A DNA stretch of 64,000 bases, taken from positions 10,922 to 74,921 of the forward strand of contig CAZETX010000006.1 of NCBI GenBank assembly GCA_964514925.1, given 5' to 3'. Shown in pieces: positions 28,346 to 40,496 of this stretch; position 1 is the stretch's first letter; each line of letters begins with the position of its first letter. The notes under the pieces are model-generated. The model ran no database searches. It was given only the letters and a program-made list of their open reading frames with translations, and was not told the origin of the DNA. Made by a program: the position numbers and the translations under genes. The DNA comes from an uncultured Marinosulfonomonas sp. Lineage in GTDB: Bacteria > Pseudomonadota > Alphaproteobacteria > Rhodobacterales > Rhodobacteraceae.

Positions 28346-28790
28346 CCTTGATCCGGGCCCCCACTGACCCAAAATCCATCTGCCCGGTATACTTGCTTTT
28401 CAGCACACCCATCACCCGGCCCATGTCCCGAATGCCCTCAGCACCCACCTCGGAAATCGCGGCCTGTATGGCCTTGGTGGTTTCTTCTTCATTCAATTGC
28501 CGGGGCAGGAAATCCTCAATCACCAGAATTTCCGCACGCTCTTTTTCCGCCAGCTCAACGCGCCCGCCCTCTTCGTAAGCGCGCGCACTTTCCTGGCGCT
28601 GTTTTACCATTTTACCAAGTATTCCAAGTACTTCCGTGTCATCGACACCGCCATCGTTACCGTTGCCCCGCAGGGCAATATCACGGTCTTTAATCGCGGC
28701 ATTTATCAGTCTTAGCGTCGATCGCCTGTCGGCATCCTGCGCCTTCATCGCTTCTTTAAGCGAGTCATTCACACGTGTTCGTAAATCCAT
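28332..28790 (-). CDS. GatB/YqeY domain-containing protein
   Basis: 152-aa product from the ATG at 28790 (MDLRTRVNDSLKEAMKAQD...). It has the typical YqeY layout with the conserved SDFLPRQL-like segment (EDFLPRQLNEEE). Confidence 0.8.
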   Translation of the reverse strand: MDLRTRVNDSLKEAMKAQDADRRSTLRLINAAIKDRDIALRGNGNDGGVDDTEVLGILGKMVKQRQESARAYEEGGRVELAEKERAEILVIEDFLPRQLNEEETTKAIQAAISEVGAEGIRDMGRVMGVLKSKYTGQMDFGSVGARIKGLLG

Positions 28791-28975
28791 CGGTCGTCCA
28801 ATCCCCAAAACCTATCCGAAGCCCCGACAATACCCCGGTAGTTTTCCTGTTGCAATACCGGGGATCGCACATAAGTCTTTGTTATTTAAAGATAAGTTAA
28901 ATTGCTTGCTTCCCTTGACGCTGGCAGCAACATTCCTTAGTTTCCCGACAGTTTTGTGTCGGGGGACAAAAATTT

Positions 28976-30145
28976 ATGCCTGTAAACGACAACAATCATC
29001 CCACTGCCTGTCTCGCTTTAGCGGACGGTACGGTGTTTTTCGGACAAGGATTTGGCGCCACTGGACAGACCGTAGCAGAGCTGTGTTTCAACACCTCAAT
29101 GACGGGCTATCAAGAGATTATGACTGACCCATCCTACGCTGGTCAAATTGTAACCTTCACCTTTCCCCATATGGGAAATGTCGGCACCAATCCGGATGAC
29201 GATGAAGCAACCGATCCTGTGGCCTCTGGCATGGTGGTCAAATGGCTACCGACTGACCCGTCAAGCTGGCGCGCTACTGAACATTTGGGGCCGTGGTTGA
29301 AAAAGCGGGGCCGTATTGGAATTGGCGGTCTGGACACACGTCGCTTGACGCGGGCGATCCGAAAACAGGGCGCACCCCACGCCGCCTTAGCCCATGATCC
29401 TAAAGGTAATTTTGATATTGAGGCACTGGTTACAGCCGCCCGGTCCTTCACCGGATTGGAAGGGTTGGATCTGGCAAAAGACGTCACATGTTCCCAGTCA
29501 TATCGCTGGAATGAGACCCGCTGGTCATGGCCAGACGGGTATGCCAAACGAACCGGTCCTGGCCATAAAGTTGTTGCTGTTGACTTTGGCGCAAAGCGCA
29601 ACATCCTGCGATGCCTGACCTCTGCTGGTTGCGATGTCACAGTCGTACCAGCCACTGCTACAGCCGAGGAAATCCTTGCCCTTAATCCCGCCGGCGTCTT
29701 CCTGTCAAATGGTCCAGGTGACCCTGCTGCAACCGGAGTTTATGCGGTACCGATGATTAAGGCTTTGCTACAGAAAACCGACCTGCCAATTTTCGGTATT
29801 TGTCTGGGTCATCAGATGTTGGCCCTCGCGCTTGGGGCCAAAACAATCAAAATGAACCACGGCCACCATGGCGCCAATCACCCGGTTAAAGATATCGAAA
29901 CTGGAAAAGTCGAAATAACCTCTATGAATCATGGCTTTACAGTTGACAGCCAGACATTACCCGAAGGTATCAAAGAAACCCATATAAGTCTTTTTGACGG
30001 ATCAAACTGTGGTATTCGGATGGTGGATCGGCCGGTTTTTTCTGTTCAATACCACCCCGAAGCATCCCCCGGTCCGCAAGACAGTAATTACTTGTTTGAC
30101 CGATTTGCCAACGACATAACAAATGCTTCAACAATCCCGGCATAG
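28976..30145 (+). CDS. carA: Carbamoyl-phosphate synthase small (glutamine amidotransferase) subunit
   Basis: 389-aa ORF with a CPSase small-chain N-terminal domain (FNTSMTGYQEIMTDPSYAGQI) and a class I GATase with GICLGHQ and YHPE. Confidence 0.95.
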   Translation: MPVNDNNHPTACLALADGTVFFGQGFGATGQTVAELCFNTSMTGYQEIMTDPSYAGQIVTFTFPHMGNVGTNPDDDEATDPVASGMVVKWLPTDPSSWRATEHLGPWLKKRGRIGIGGLDTRRLTRAIRKQGAPHAALAHDPKGNFDIEALVTAARSFTGLEGLDLAKDVTCSQSYRWNETRWSWPDGYAKRTGPGHKVVAVDFGAKRNILRCLTSAGCDVTVVPATATAEEILALNPAGVFLSNGPGDPAATGVYAVPMIKALLQKTDLPIFGICLGHQMLALALGAKTIKMNHGHHGANHPVKDIETGKVEITSMNHGFTVDSQTLPEGIKETHISLFDGSNCGIRMVDRPVFSVQYHPEASPGPQDSNYLFDRFANDITNASTIPA

Positions 30146-30198
30146 TTAATCCCTCATTAACTAACCCATCGCAAGTTGGGGCATTAAATTGCTGCTGT

Positions 30199-32106
30199 GT
30201 GTTTGGTATGAAATCAGTTGAAAATACATCATTCGTTCCGACGGTTTGGCCGGAACCATTAACCCTGCGTTGTGTTCAGCAAAAGCCGCGGCAACAATCA
30301 CTTGGGGAAATACTTATAAAATCGGGTGAGATCTCTGCTGCCGACTTGATTAAGGCAACTGCAATTTTGGCGCGCGAAGATGTAAATTTACCTGACATTT
30401 TATTGGCAAACCATATGGTTAGCGAAACAGGGCTGCTTAATGGTTTTGCACAGTTATATGCCTGTGAGCTTGTAAATCTGAATGCGGATCCGGCAGATAT
30501 TCGGCTGGTTGAAACCGCCCCGCCATCTTACTTAGTTCGGCACAATATTATCCCGTGGAAGCGGATCGGCGCCGTTACCCTGATCGCCACCTCCAGGCCA
30601 GATGTGTTTAAAGAAGTAGTCGCCAATCTCCCTTCAAATCCCGGCCCCACAATGATGGTAATTGCCAGAGAAAGCGAAATCACTGCAGCGCTTCAATATC
30701 TCTGCGGAAAGAGCCTCGCACTTTCTGCAGAAACCCGCGTTGCACCTCAGGACAGCTGCCGAGAATGGAATACAGCCTTTGCTGCAAAACTGGCTACAGC
30801 AACCGCATTGGTTTTGTCGGCAGCGCTGTATGCCGCACCACAGGCCATATTTGGGTTTTTTACGATTTTGGCTATCACTGCGCTGGTGTTTAATACTGCT
30901 CTAAAGGCTGCTGCAGCTCACTCTAATTTTCGTTCTGCTCAAATTCCCTCGTCTCAATTCAGCTCATCTCGTGGTCAGAAAACCATGATGCGCTTACCAA
31001 AAGTTTCATTATTAGTTCCGCTTTTTGAGGAACGGGAAATTGCTGCTCATCTTGTAAGGCGGCTCGAAAATTTAAACTACCCAAGAGAATTGTTGGATGT
31101 ATTTCTTATCCTAGAACAGGATGATTTGGTTACACAATCTGAATTGAGAGCGGCCAAACTTCCAGCTTGGATGCACCAAATTATTGTACCGGATTCGATC
31201 CTAAAAACAAAACCGCGGGCGTTAAATTATTCAATGAATTTCTGCAAAGGCTCTGTCATCGGTGTATATGATGCAGAAGACTTACCAGAAGCGGACCAGC
31301 TGCTAAAAGTTGTCCGCCACTTTCACGAATGCGATCCCAAAGTAGCTTGTCTTCAAGGCGTATTAGATTTTTACAATACATCCAACAACTGGCTTTCTCG
31401 TTGTTTTACAATCGAATATGCCACTTGGTTTCGCGTTGTTCTACCCGGATTAGAACGCTTGGGATTTGTCATCCCCTTGGGTGGCACAACGATCTTCTTT
31501 CGTCGTGAAATACTAGAGAAAATCGGATGCTGGGACGCCCATAATGTTACAGAAGACGCCGATCTTGGAATAAGATTGGCCCGTCATGGCTATCGAACAG
31601 AGCTAATTGCAACGAAAACCGAAGAAGAGGCAAACTGTCGCCTTTGGCCTTGGGTACGGCAACGTTCCCGTTGGCTGAAAGGCTATGCAATCACATGGGC
31701 AGTACATATGCGTAGTCCCCGAAAACTATTGGCAGACCTTGGGGCTTGGAAATTTTTTGGAGTTCAACTGTTGTTTCTTGGCGCATTGTCACAGTTTTTT
31801 TTGGCTCCGCTATTGTGGTCGTTTTGGGCCATCCCCCTGGGCCTTCCTCATCCACTTGAAGCAACAATGTCCCCTACCGCTCTCTATTTGTTAGCGACGC
31901 TATTCTTTGCATCGGAAGCGCTATCATTCACCATAAATTTTTATGCATTAGCCCCTAAGAAACACCGTCGATTGTGGCTGTGGATACCGACACTACATTT
32001 CTATTATCCCCTGGCCACTTTCGCGGCGTATAAGGGTATTTGGGAATTGTTTTCTAAGCCTTTCTATTGGGACAAAACTGCCCATGGCCAATCCGAAAAA
32101 AATTGA
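30199..32106 (+). CDS. Processive family-2 glycosyltransferase (synthase type) with N-terminal GspE-N/MshEN-like domain
   Basis: 635-aa ORF. Residues ~35-165 resemble the T2SS-E N-terminal domain (SLGEILIKSGEISAADLIKA...). A GT2 core follows, with DAED, TEDADLG and the Q-x-x-RW motif (QRSRWLKG). There are TM helices before and after the catalytic domain. Confidence 0.7.
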   Translation: MFGMKSVENTSFVPTVWPEPLTLRCVQQKPRQQSLGEILIKSGEISAADLIKATAILAREDVNLPDILLANHMVSETGLLNGFAQLYACELVNLNADPADIRLVETAPPSYLVRHNIIPWKRIGAVTLIATSRPDVFKEVVANLPSNPGPTMMVIARESEITAALQYLCGKSLALSAETRVAPQDSCREWNTAFAAKLATATALVLSAALYAAPQAIFGFFTILAITALVFNTALKAAAAHSNFRSAQIPSSQFSSSRGQKTMMRLPKVSLLVPLFEEREIAAHLVRRLENLNYPRELLDVFLILEQDDLVTQSELRAAKLPAWMHQIIVPDSILKTKPRALNYSMNFCKGSVIGVYDAEDLPEADQLLKVVRHFHECDPKVACLQGVLDFYNTSNNWLSRCFTIEYATWFRVVLPGLERLGFVIPLGGTTIFFRREILEKIGCWDAHNVTEDADLGIRLARHGYRTELIATKTEEEANCRLWPWVRQRSRWLKGYAITWAVHMRSPRKLLADLGAWKFFGVQLLFLGALSQFFLAPLLWSFWAIPLGLPHPLEATMSPTALYLLATLFFASEALSFTINFYALAPKKHRRLWLWIPTLHFYYPLATFAAYKGIWELFSKPFYWDKTAHGQSEKN

Positions 32107-32126
32107 AAATTACCCAGTCAAACAGG

Positions 32127-32774
32127 CTAGTCTACATCTCGTTCTGCTTCAATTTTAAGTCGGGTCTCGTAGGCGTTTGATATATGAATTTTAAGCGCCA
32201 GATGCGCAGCATCGCCATCACTATCTTCTATTGCTTCGACAATTTTTTCATGCTCACTAAGCGCCGCCGCACCGCGTCCTTTAACTGCTAGGGACGTGCT
32301 CTCCATTAGTGCCATTGTCCGGTGTACAATATCCAATTGCTGTACCAGATATCGGTTATGGGATGCCAAATGAATTTGCCGGTGGAATCGCCGATTGGCT
32401 TTAGCCAGTGCCATCGGATCATTTATCAACTTCTGATCTTCTTCCAACAACTTGCGCAATACGCGGATTTCCTCAGGCGTGGCGTGTTGCGCAGAAAGTC
32501 GCGCGGACAGCCCCTCCAATTCGGTCCGCACAACATAAAGCTCTGTCAGCTGGTTGTGATCAAGCGAGGCCACAACCAGGCTTCGCCCATCCCGCGTCAA
32601 AAGTGACTGTGTTTCCAACCGCTGCAACGCTTCACGTATGGGGGTGCGCGACACATTGAATCGGCTGGCCAGCTCACTTTCAACCAGTCGGTCGCCCGGC
32701 TTGTACTTGCCCATATCAATGGCGTCTAATACGAGCTGATAGGCATCTTTCTGGCCCGTTTTTGTTTCTTGCAC
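32127..32774 (-). CDS. GntR-family (FadR/FCD subfamily) transcriptional regulator
   Basis: 215-aa ORF with winged HTH (LVESELASRFNVSRTPIREALQRLE) and a helical FCD domain. Confidence 0.9.
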   Translation of the reverse strand: MQETKTGQKDAYQLVLDAIDMGKYKPGDRLVESELASRFNVSRTPIREALQRLETQSLLTRDGRSLVVASLDHNQLTELYVVRTELEGLSARLSAQHATPEEIRVLRKLLEEDQKLINDPMALAKANRRFHRQIHLASHNRYLVQQLDIVHRTMALMESTSLAVKGRGAAALSEHEKIVEAIEDSDGDAAHLALKIHISNAYETRLKIEAERDVD

Positions 32775-32880
32775 GACATGACTCCACGGTTGCTGACCAA
32801 ACTGTCCCAGTTTGCACCAAGATTCAAGTATTCGAAAATGTTAGTATCTCAAATTAGTCAATTTTTCTGGTTCCAAATGC

Positions 32881-33549
32881 ATGCAGCTAAAGGTATCTAA
32901 TCCCATGACCAATGATAATTTTTTCCATGTCAATACTTGGGTTTTTGACTTGGATAATACCTTGTATCCACCGGAGGCAGCGTTATTTGACCAAATAGAG
33001 GTCAAAATGACAAATTGGGTTATGTCCGCCCTCGGCGTTTCAAAAATATTGGCTGATGATATAAGACGTAAGTATTGGGAAGAGTATGGGACGACCCTGG
33101 CCGGACTAATGAAAGAGCATAACGTAGACCCTGCCCCTTATTTGCACGAAGTTCACGATATTGACCTTTCTCATCTAGAAATTGACCAGCAGCTTTCAGA
33201 TAATATTGCTTCGCTTCCCGGGCGGAAATTTGTCTATACGAATGGCTCAGCAGAATATGCCGGAAAAGTGCTTGAAGCCCGCGGAATGCAAAATGTTTTT
33301 GATGCCGTTTATGGCGTAGAACAAGCAGGATTCAAACCAAAACCAGAGCGCGCAGCATTTGAAAAGATTTTCGCCATAGATGGCATTCAACCAGCGTTTG
33401 CTGCGATGTTTGAAGATGACATCCGTAATCTTACTGCCCCCCATGACATGGGGATGCGTACAGTGCATGTGGCTCCAAAAGCCATAAAAAGGGACCATAT
33501 TCACTACCATACAGATAATCTGACCGAATTTTTAAAGCAGCTGGTCTAA
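32881..33549 (+). CDS. HAD-superfamily hydrolase, pyrimidine 5'-nucleotidase-like (subfamily IA)
   Basis: HAD motif I (WVFDLDNTLY), motif II (VYTNGS) and motif III/IV region (FEDDIRNL). The start could instead be the ATG at 32902. Confidence 0.75.
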   Translation: MQLKVSNPMTNDNFFHVNTWVFDLDNTLYPPEAALFDQIEVKMTNWVMSALGVSKILADDIRRKYWEEYGTTLAGLMKEHNVDPAPYLHEVHDIDLSHLEIDQQLSDNIASLPGRKFVYTNGSAEYAGKVLEARGMQNVFDAVYGVEQAGFKPKPERAAFEKIFAIDGIQPAFAAMFEDDIRNLTAPHDMGMRTVHVAPKAIKRDHIHYHTDNLTEFLKQLV

Positions 33550-33588
33550 GCCCCTTTTCGGCGACACGTTCGACGCCTAGATAGGGGT

Positions 33589-34779
33589 ATGGAACGAGAA
33601 ACGACAGATATCCTGATTTCCGGTTGCGGTCTGGCAGGACTTGTAGCTGCTGCTGCGTTTGAAAACGCCGGTTACTCTGTTATGATTGTCGACCCGGTCA
33701 AACCCACAATAGCGTTCCAGAACGATTACCGGTCAACGGCATATCTGCGTCCCGCAAAACGTTTTCTTAGCGACATTGGGCTCTGGCCACTGCTCGAACC
33801 CAACGCGGTTGCATTAAAGACACTCCGAATTGTAGATTGTACTGGCGAGCCCTTATCGGTCCGTGATGAACGATCGTTTCAATCGGAGGGGCATAACAGT
33901 GAGCCACTAGGTTGGAATTTTTTGAATTCGTTTACCCGGAAAGAATTGCTGGTTCATCTCAACAAACAACCCGGAATTGACATCCGGTTTGGCGTAGGCT
34001 TTGCCGGAATATTACCGCGCGCACAATCAGCTATAGTGACACTAAGTGATGGTGCCCAAATTAGTGCCAAACTAACAATTGGTGCGGATGGTCGAAACTC
34101 CGCTGTTCGTGAATTTGTTGGCATTAAAGCTAAGACAACTCGTTATGGTCAAAAATCATTGGCATTTTGTGCAACGCATTTGCTTCCACACAACAACATA
34201 AGCACCGAAATATATCATCAGGGCGGCCCATTCACGATGGTACCTATTAATGATGTAAACAAAAAACCGGCATCAGCTATTGTCTGGATGAATGATGGAC
34301 AGCTAACAAATGAGCTGGCAAATATGCCGGTAAAAGAATTCAATGTTCAGATTACTCAGCGCTCTGCGTCGCTGTTTGGACCAATGGAACTGTCTAGTGG
34401 TCGAGCGGTTTGGCCAATCGTGAACCAAATTGCAAACAGTTTAATTGCTGATCGCACTGCCCTCATAGCAGAGGCCGCGCATGTTTTTCCCCCAATCGGT
34501 GCGCAAGGGCTTAACACTTCACTTCAGGATATTTCGGCACTGTTGCGCGCTGCAAAGTCATATCCAGGTGATTTAGGTGGGCCAGGAATGTTGACAGCTT
34601 ACCAAAATTTTCGGAAATCAGATATTAATAACCGGGCACGGGCGATTGATTTGTTCAACAGGGTTACCAGATCAAGCGATATCCGTTTACAGACCCTGCG
34701 GCTGTTGGGTTTGAAGGTCGCTCACGACCTACCACCAGTCCGTGCGGCGCTGATTAGCGCGGGAATGGGTCGTTCCTAA
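33589..34779 (+). CDS. FAD-dependent monooxygenase, UbiH/UbiF/VisC/Coq6 family
   Basis: 396-aa ORF with N-terminal GxGxxG (ILISGCGLAGLVAAAAF), a DG motif (GADGRNSAVR) and the C-terminal FAD fingerprint AHVFPPIGAQGLNTSLQD. Confidence 0.85.
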   Translation: MERETTDILISGCGLAGLVAAAAFENAGYSVMIVDPVKPTIAFQNDYRSTAYLRPAKRFLSDIGLWPLLEPNAVALKTLRIVDCTGEPLSVRDERSFQSEGHNSEPLGWNFLNSFTRKELLVHLNKQPGIDIRFGVGFAGILPRAQSAIVTLSDGAQISAKLTIGADGRNSAVREFVGIKAKTTRYGQKSLAFCATHLLPHNNISTEIYHQGGPFTMVPINDVNKKPASAIVWMNDGQLTNELANMPVKEFNVQITQRSASLFGPMELSSGRAVWPIVNQIANSLIADRTALIAEAAHVFPPIGAQGLNTSLQDISALLRAAKSYPGDLGGPGMLTAYQNFRKSDINNRARAIDLFNRVTRSSDIRLQTLRLLGLKVAHDLPPVRAALISAGMGRS

Positions 34780-34781
34780 GC

Positions 34782-35909
34782 CTAAATAACACTATCAAGC
34801 GCCACTTCCAGTCGCGCCACGCTGGCGTCCACATCATAAAGCTTATCCAGCCCAAACAGCCCAAGGCGGAAACTGCAGTAATCATCGCCTTCGTCGCATT
34901 GCAGCGGCACACCGGCGGCGATCTGCATGCCAAGGGCGGCAAATTTCTTGCCGGTCTGAATATCAGGGTCATTGGTATAGCTGACCACAACCCCCGGCGC
35001 ACCAAACCCGTCCGCCGCCACAGATTTTACCCCCCGCGCCGCCAACATGGCCCGCACCCGGTTGCCCTGATCCCATTGTGCATCCTTGAGCCGGTCAAAC
35101 CCGTATTCCTTGCTTTCCAACATGGTATCGCGAAACGCCTTCAATGCATCCGTGGGCAAAGTCGCGTGGTAGGCATGGCCGCCACCTGTATAGGCCTCCA
35201 TGATGCTCAGCCACTTGCCCAGATCCACGGCAAAACTGCTGGACTGGGCGGCGCGGGCCTTTTCGGTGGCGGCATCATTCATCATGACAAGCCCGGCGCA
35301 GGGTTGGCTGGACCAGCCCTTTTGCGGCGCCGAAATCAGCACATCAACGCCAAGCGCCTTCATGTCCACCCAAATGCAGCCCGAGGCGATGCAATCCAGA
35401 ACGAACAATCCGCCGACACTGTGCACCGCTTGGGTCACCGCCGCGATATAGTCATCCGGCAGAATAATACCGGACGCGGTTTCCACATGGGGGGCAAAGA
35501 CAATATCAGGCTGTTCGGATTTGATCCGCGCCACCACTTCGTCAATCGGCGCCGGGGCGAATGGCGCATCAACCGCGTTACCGCGGCGGTTTGCCTTCAT
35601 TACGATCTCATCAGAAACCATTGATCCGGTGTCAAAAATCTGGCTCCACCGGAACGAAAACCAGCCATTGCGGATCACCAGCGCCTTTTTACCCTGCGCA
35701 AATTGGCGGGCAACGGCCTCCATTGCGTATGTCCCGCCGCCGGGCACCACGACGGCCGCATCGGCGTTATAGACCTCGCACAATGTCCCATGAATATCCC
35801 GCATCACCTGTTGAAACGCGGCGCTCATGTGGTTCAGGGACCGATCGGTGAACACCACCGAAAATTCGGTTAGACCATCGGGGTCGATATTGTCCAAAAG
35901 GGCGGGCAT
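34782..35909 (-). CDS. Class V aminotransferase (alanine-glyoxylate/serine-pyruvate aminotransferase family)
   Basis: 375-aa ORF with a PLP-lysine segment (ISAPQKGW) and class V fold features. It is GC-rich relative to its upstream neighbour. Confidence 0.8.
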   Translation of the reverse strand: MPALLDNIDPDGLTEFSVVFTDRSLNHMSAAFQQVMRDIHGTLCEVYNADAAVVVPGGGTYAMEAVARQFAQGKKALVIRNGWFSFRWSQIFDTGSMVSDEIVMKANRRGNAVDAPFAPAPIDEVVARIKSEQPDIVFAPHVETASGIILPDDYIAAVTQAVHSVGGLFVLDCIASGCIWVDMKALGVDVLISAPQKGWSSQPCAGLVMMNDAATEKARAAQSSSFAVDLGKWLSIMEAYTGGGHAYHATLPTDALKAFRDTMLESKEYGFDRLKDAQWDQGNRVRAMLAARGVKSVAADGFGAPGVVVSYTNDPDIQTGKKFAALGMQIAAGVPLQCDEGDDYCSFRLGLFGLDKLYDVDASVARLEVALDSVI

Positions 35910-35969
35910 GGGATTCTCCTGTTGTTTTTTGGATTGCTAGCCTGTGGCGCAGGGCTTGGCAAAGCAATC

Positions 35970-36427
35970 TTATGCGCCAATGGGTCCGGGGCGACGTTCT
36001 TCGCTAAGCAGCACGTTGGCCTCTACATTACCAACGCCCGGTAAGGTCATGATCCGGCGGCGTAAAACCCGTTCGAAATCCGGCAGATCGCGGGCCACAA
36101 CCCGCAGGCGGTAATCATATAGCCCCAGCACATGCTGCACCGTCTGCACCTCGGGGATGGCGCAGACAGCGCGTTCAAAATCTTCCAGCGACACGCGCCC
36201 TTTGGTGGCCAGTTTCACCCCCAGAAACACCGTGACACCAAAACCCAGCTTTTCCAGATCCAGCGCCACCCGGCGCCCCGATATGGCGCCGGCATCCTGC
36301 AACCGTTTAATGCGCCGCCAGGTGGCCGGTTGCGAAAAGCCGAACCGATCCCCCAATGCACGGGCGTTTTGGGTGGCGTCATCGGCCAGTGCGCGCAGCA
36401 ACGCCCGGTCAAAATCGTCCAGATCAA

Positions 36428-36431
<4 letters not shown>
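35970..36431 (-). CDS. Lrp/AsnC-family transcriptional regulator
   Basis: 153-aa ORF with an HTH followed by an RAM/ACT-like domain. It overlaps the preceding Lrp gene by 4 nt. Confidence 0.9.
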
Positions 36432-38035
<1,604 letters not shown>

Positions 38036-38051
38036 CCCCCTATGATCAAGG

Positions 38052-38087
38052 GTCGCCCCGCTAATTGCAGGGCGGCTCTTTTGTTTT
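38052..38087 (+). terminator. Intrinsic terminator after ilvC
   Basis: Stem GGTCGCCCCGC / GCAGGGCGGC (one mismatch, 5-nt loop) followed by TCTTTTGTTTT. Confidence 0.6.
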
Positions 38088-38217
38088 CACGGCAGCGGTT
38101 CTGTTGGATCAAAATTGCCCTGCCAGTTGGAACAAATCTGAATGCTGTCTGAACCGATTCCGATTGACGCGGTCCGGCTGCCGCGTCAGTCTCGGCCACA
38201 ATTGAAGGCCACATTCC

Positions 38218-39153
38218 ATGCAACATCTTGATATCACACCGAAAAACTGGCTCATGCTTGGGGCTCTTGGTGTCATTTGGGGTTCATCCTTTATGGCCGT
38301 CAGTGTCGCCGTGCGCACCACAGGCCCCCTGACCGTTGCCGCCGGACGGATCGCCATTGGTGCGGTGCTGCTTTTGATATTGCTCAGGCTTCGTGGTATT
38401 TCCTTACCGGCCCTTGGCGCTGCGGACGGCAAAAAAGTCTGGGCGGCGGCACTGGGGCTCGGTTCATTTTCCATGGCCTTACCATTTTTCCTGCTCAGCT
38501 GGGGGCAGCAATATGTTGCCAGCGGGTTCGCCGGCGTCACCATGGCCACTGTCCCATTGCTGGTATTGCCACTGGCGCATTTTCTGGTACCGGGCGACGG
38601 CATGAGCCGCCGGAAATTTATCGGCATGGTCTTGGGATTTATCGGTGTGGCTGTTTTGATCGGCCCGGACGCGTTTACGTCCCTTGGTGGACAGCTTGAA
38701 CCCGTCGCCCGGCTGGCCTGTTTTACCGCAGCGGCCTGCTATGCTGTCGGCAGCATCATCACCCGGCTGGCCCCTAAAGTTGACCCCATCGCTTTTGCCA
38801 CCGCCGCCACGGTTTTGGCCGCCATCATCATCGTACCGATCGCGTTGATCGTTGAAGGTGCCCCATTATCTATGGGCCGTACATCATTGATCGCAATCAT
38901 TTTTCTGGGCGCTATTCCCACGGCAATGGCGAACCTATTGCTGGTGGGCGTCATCCGCAGCGCAGGACCAACATTCATGTCACTGGTGAATTATCAGGTG
39001 CCGCTCTGGTCAGTACTGTTTGGCGCAATATTCCTGCAAGAAATATTGCCGACACGCGCATTCGCAGCACTTGCCCTGATCATGCTGGGGCTTGGGATCA
39101 GCCAACTGGCCACCATTCAACGCATGGTGCGGGGCGCGAGAAATCAAGCCTGA
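38218..39153 (+). CDS. DMT-superfamily (EamA-like) transporter
   Basis: 311-aa ORF with 10 predicted TM helices in two EamA-like repeats. Its 3' end overlaps the glmM 3' end by 10 nt (convergent). Confidence 0.8.
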   Translation: MQHLDITPKNWLMLGALGVIWGSSFMAVSVAVRTTGPLTVAAGRIAIGAVLLLILLRLRGISLPALGAADGKKVWAAALGLGSFSMALPFFLLSWGQQYVASGFAGVTMATVPLLVLPLAHFLVPGDGMSRRKFIGMVLGFIGVAVLIGPDAFTSLGGQLEPVARLACFTAAACYAVGSIITRLAPKVDPIAFATAATVLAAIIIVPIALIVEGAPLSMGRTSLIAIIFLGAIPTAMANLLLVGVIRSAGPTFMSLVNYQVPLWSVLFGAIFLQEILPTRAFAALALIMLGLGISQLATIQRMVRGARNQA

Positions 39154-40496
39154 CCGGCGGCCTGTTGAACAGCCGCGACCACCTGCGCCACCGCTGCTTT
39201 TAGAATCATTTCGTCTTCACATTCCGCCATAACCCGGATCAGCGGTTCGGTGCCGGATTTTCGGATCAACAGACGGCCATTGGCTTGCAACTGCTGCTCG
39301 GCGTCATTGATTGCAGATTTAACAACATCCGCGTTCAAAGGATCTTGCGCTTTGTCAAAGCGCACGTTTTCCAAAAGTTGCGGCACGATTTCAAAACTAT
39401 TAGCCAACTGAGATGCCCGCTTATTAGTGTCCAACATCGCTGATAAGAAGTGTAACCCCGCAAGTAACCCGTCACCGGTTGTCGCAAAATCTGTCATCAC
39501 TATATGACCAGATTGTTCACCCCCAAGATTAAAACCACCTGCGCGCATCTTTTCAACCACGTAACGGTCCCCGACTGCTGTACGTTCTAAAGAAATCCCT
39601 TGTTCATTTAGATATCGTTCAAGACCAAGATTGGACATTACAGTTGCGACTAAGGTTTTTCCTCGCAATCGATCCTGTTGTAACCAGCGCTTGGCAAACA
39701 ATGCCATTAGTTGATCGCCATCTGCAACTTGGCCTTTCTCATCGATAATCATTAGCCTGTCTGCATCGCCGTCCAGACAGATACCTACATCAGCACCGTG
39801 AGCTACGACTGTTTCTGCAGCAAGTTGCGTATCAGTGGAACCACATTTGTCGTTGATGTTATAACCGTCCGGGGAGACACCAATTGCGATAACTTCTGCC
39901 CCCAATTCCCATAGTACTTCGGGTGCAGTTTTGTGGGCTGCGCCATTGGCACAATCGATTACAACTTTGAGGCCGCTAAGACGTTGGCCTGTTGGCAAAG
40001 TAGCTTTTACCCGTTCGTTATAGCGAAAACGTCCATCGTCGATGCGTTTGGCGCGTCCGATGTTCTCTGCCTGAACCGGAACAACTCCATCTTGGACCAG
40101 CTTTTCTATTTCTGCTTCGGCCTCATCCGACAGCTTGAATCCGTCAGGTCCAAAAAACTTAATACCATTGTCTTGATGAGGGTTATGACTGGCGGATATC
40201 ATCACCCCAACATCGGCACGAATCGACGTTGTCAACATCCCTACTGCAGGCGTCGGAACAGGTCCCAATAGAAAGACATTCATTCCGGTTGAAGCAAAAC
40301 CAGCGGTCAGTGCATTTTCGAACATATACCCTGACAACCGGGTATCTTTACCAATGATTACACGATGGTCACCCTTGCCATCGCGGCGAAAATATCGACC
40401 AGCCGCAGCCCCAAGACGCATCGCTAATTCCGCGGTCATTGGATAGGTATTTGCCCGCCCACGAACACCGTCTGTCCCAAACAGTTTTTTACTCAT
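39144..40496 (-). CDS. glmM: Phosphoglucosamine mutase
   Basis: 450-aa ORF with the active-site segment [15 protein letters not shown], metal-binding DGDADR, and GEQSGH. Confidence 0.95.
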   Translation of the reverse strand: MSKKLFGTDGVRGRANTYPMTAELAMRLGAAAGRYFRRDGKGDHRVIIGKDTRLSGYMFENALTAGFASTGMNVFLLGPVPTPAVGMLTTSIRADVGVMISASHNPHQDNGIKFFGPDGFKLSDEAEAEIEKLVQDGVVPVQAENIGRAKRIDDGRFRYNERVKATLPTGQRLSGLKVVIDCANGAAHKTAPEVLWELGAEVIAIGVSPDGYNINDKCGSTDTQLAAETVVAHGADVGICLDGDADRLMIIDEKGQVADGDQLMALFAKRWLQQDRLRGKTLVATVMSNLGLERYLNEQGISLERTAVGDRYVVEKMRAGGFNLGGEQSGHIVMTDFATTGDGLLAGLHFLSAMLDTNKRASQLANSFEIVPQLLENVRFDKAQDPLNADVVKSAINDAEQQLQANGRLLIRKSGTEPLIRVMAECEDEMILKAAVAQVVAAVQQAAGQA

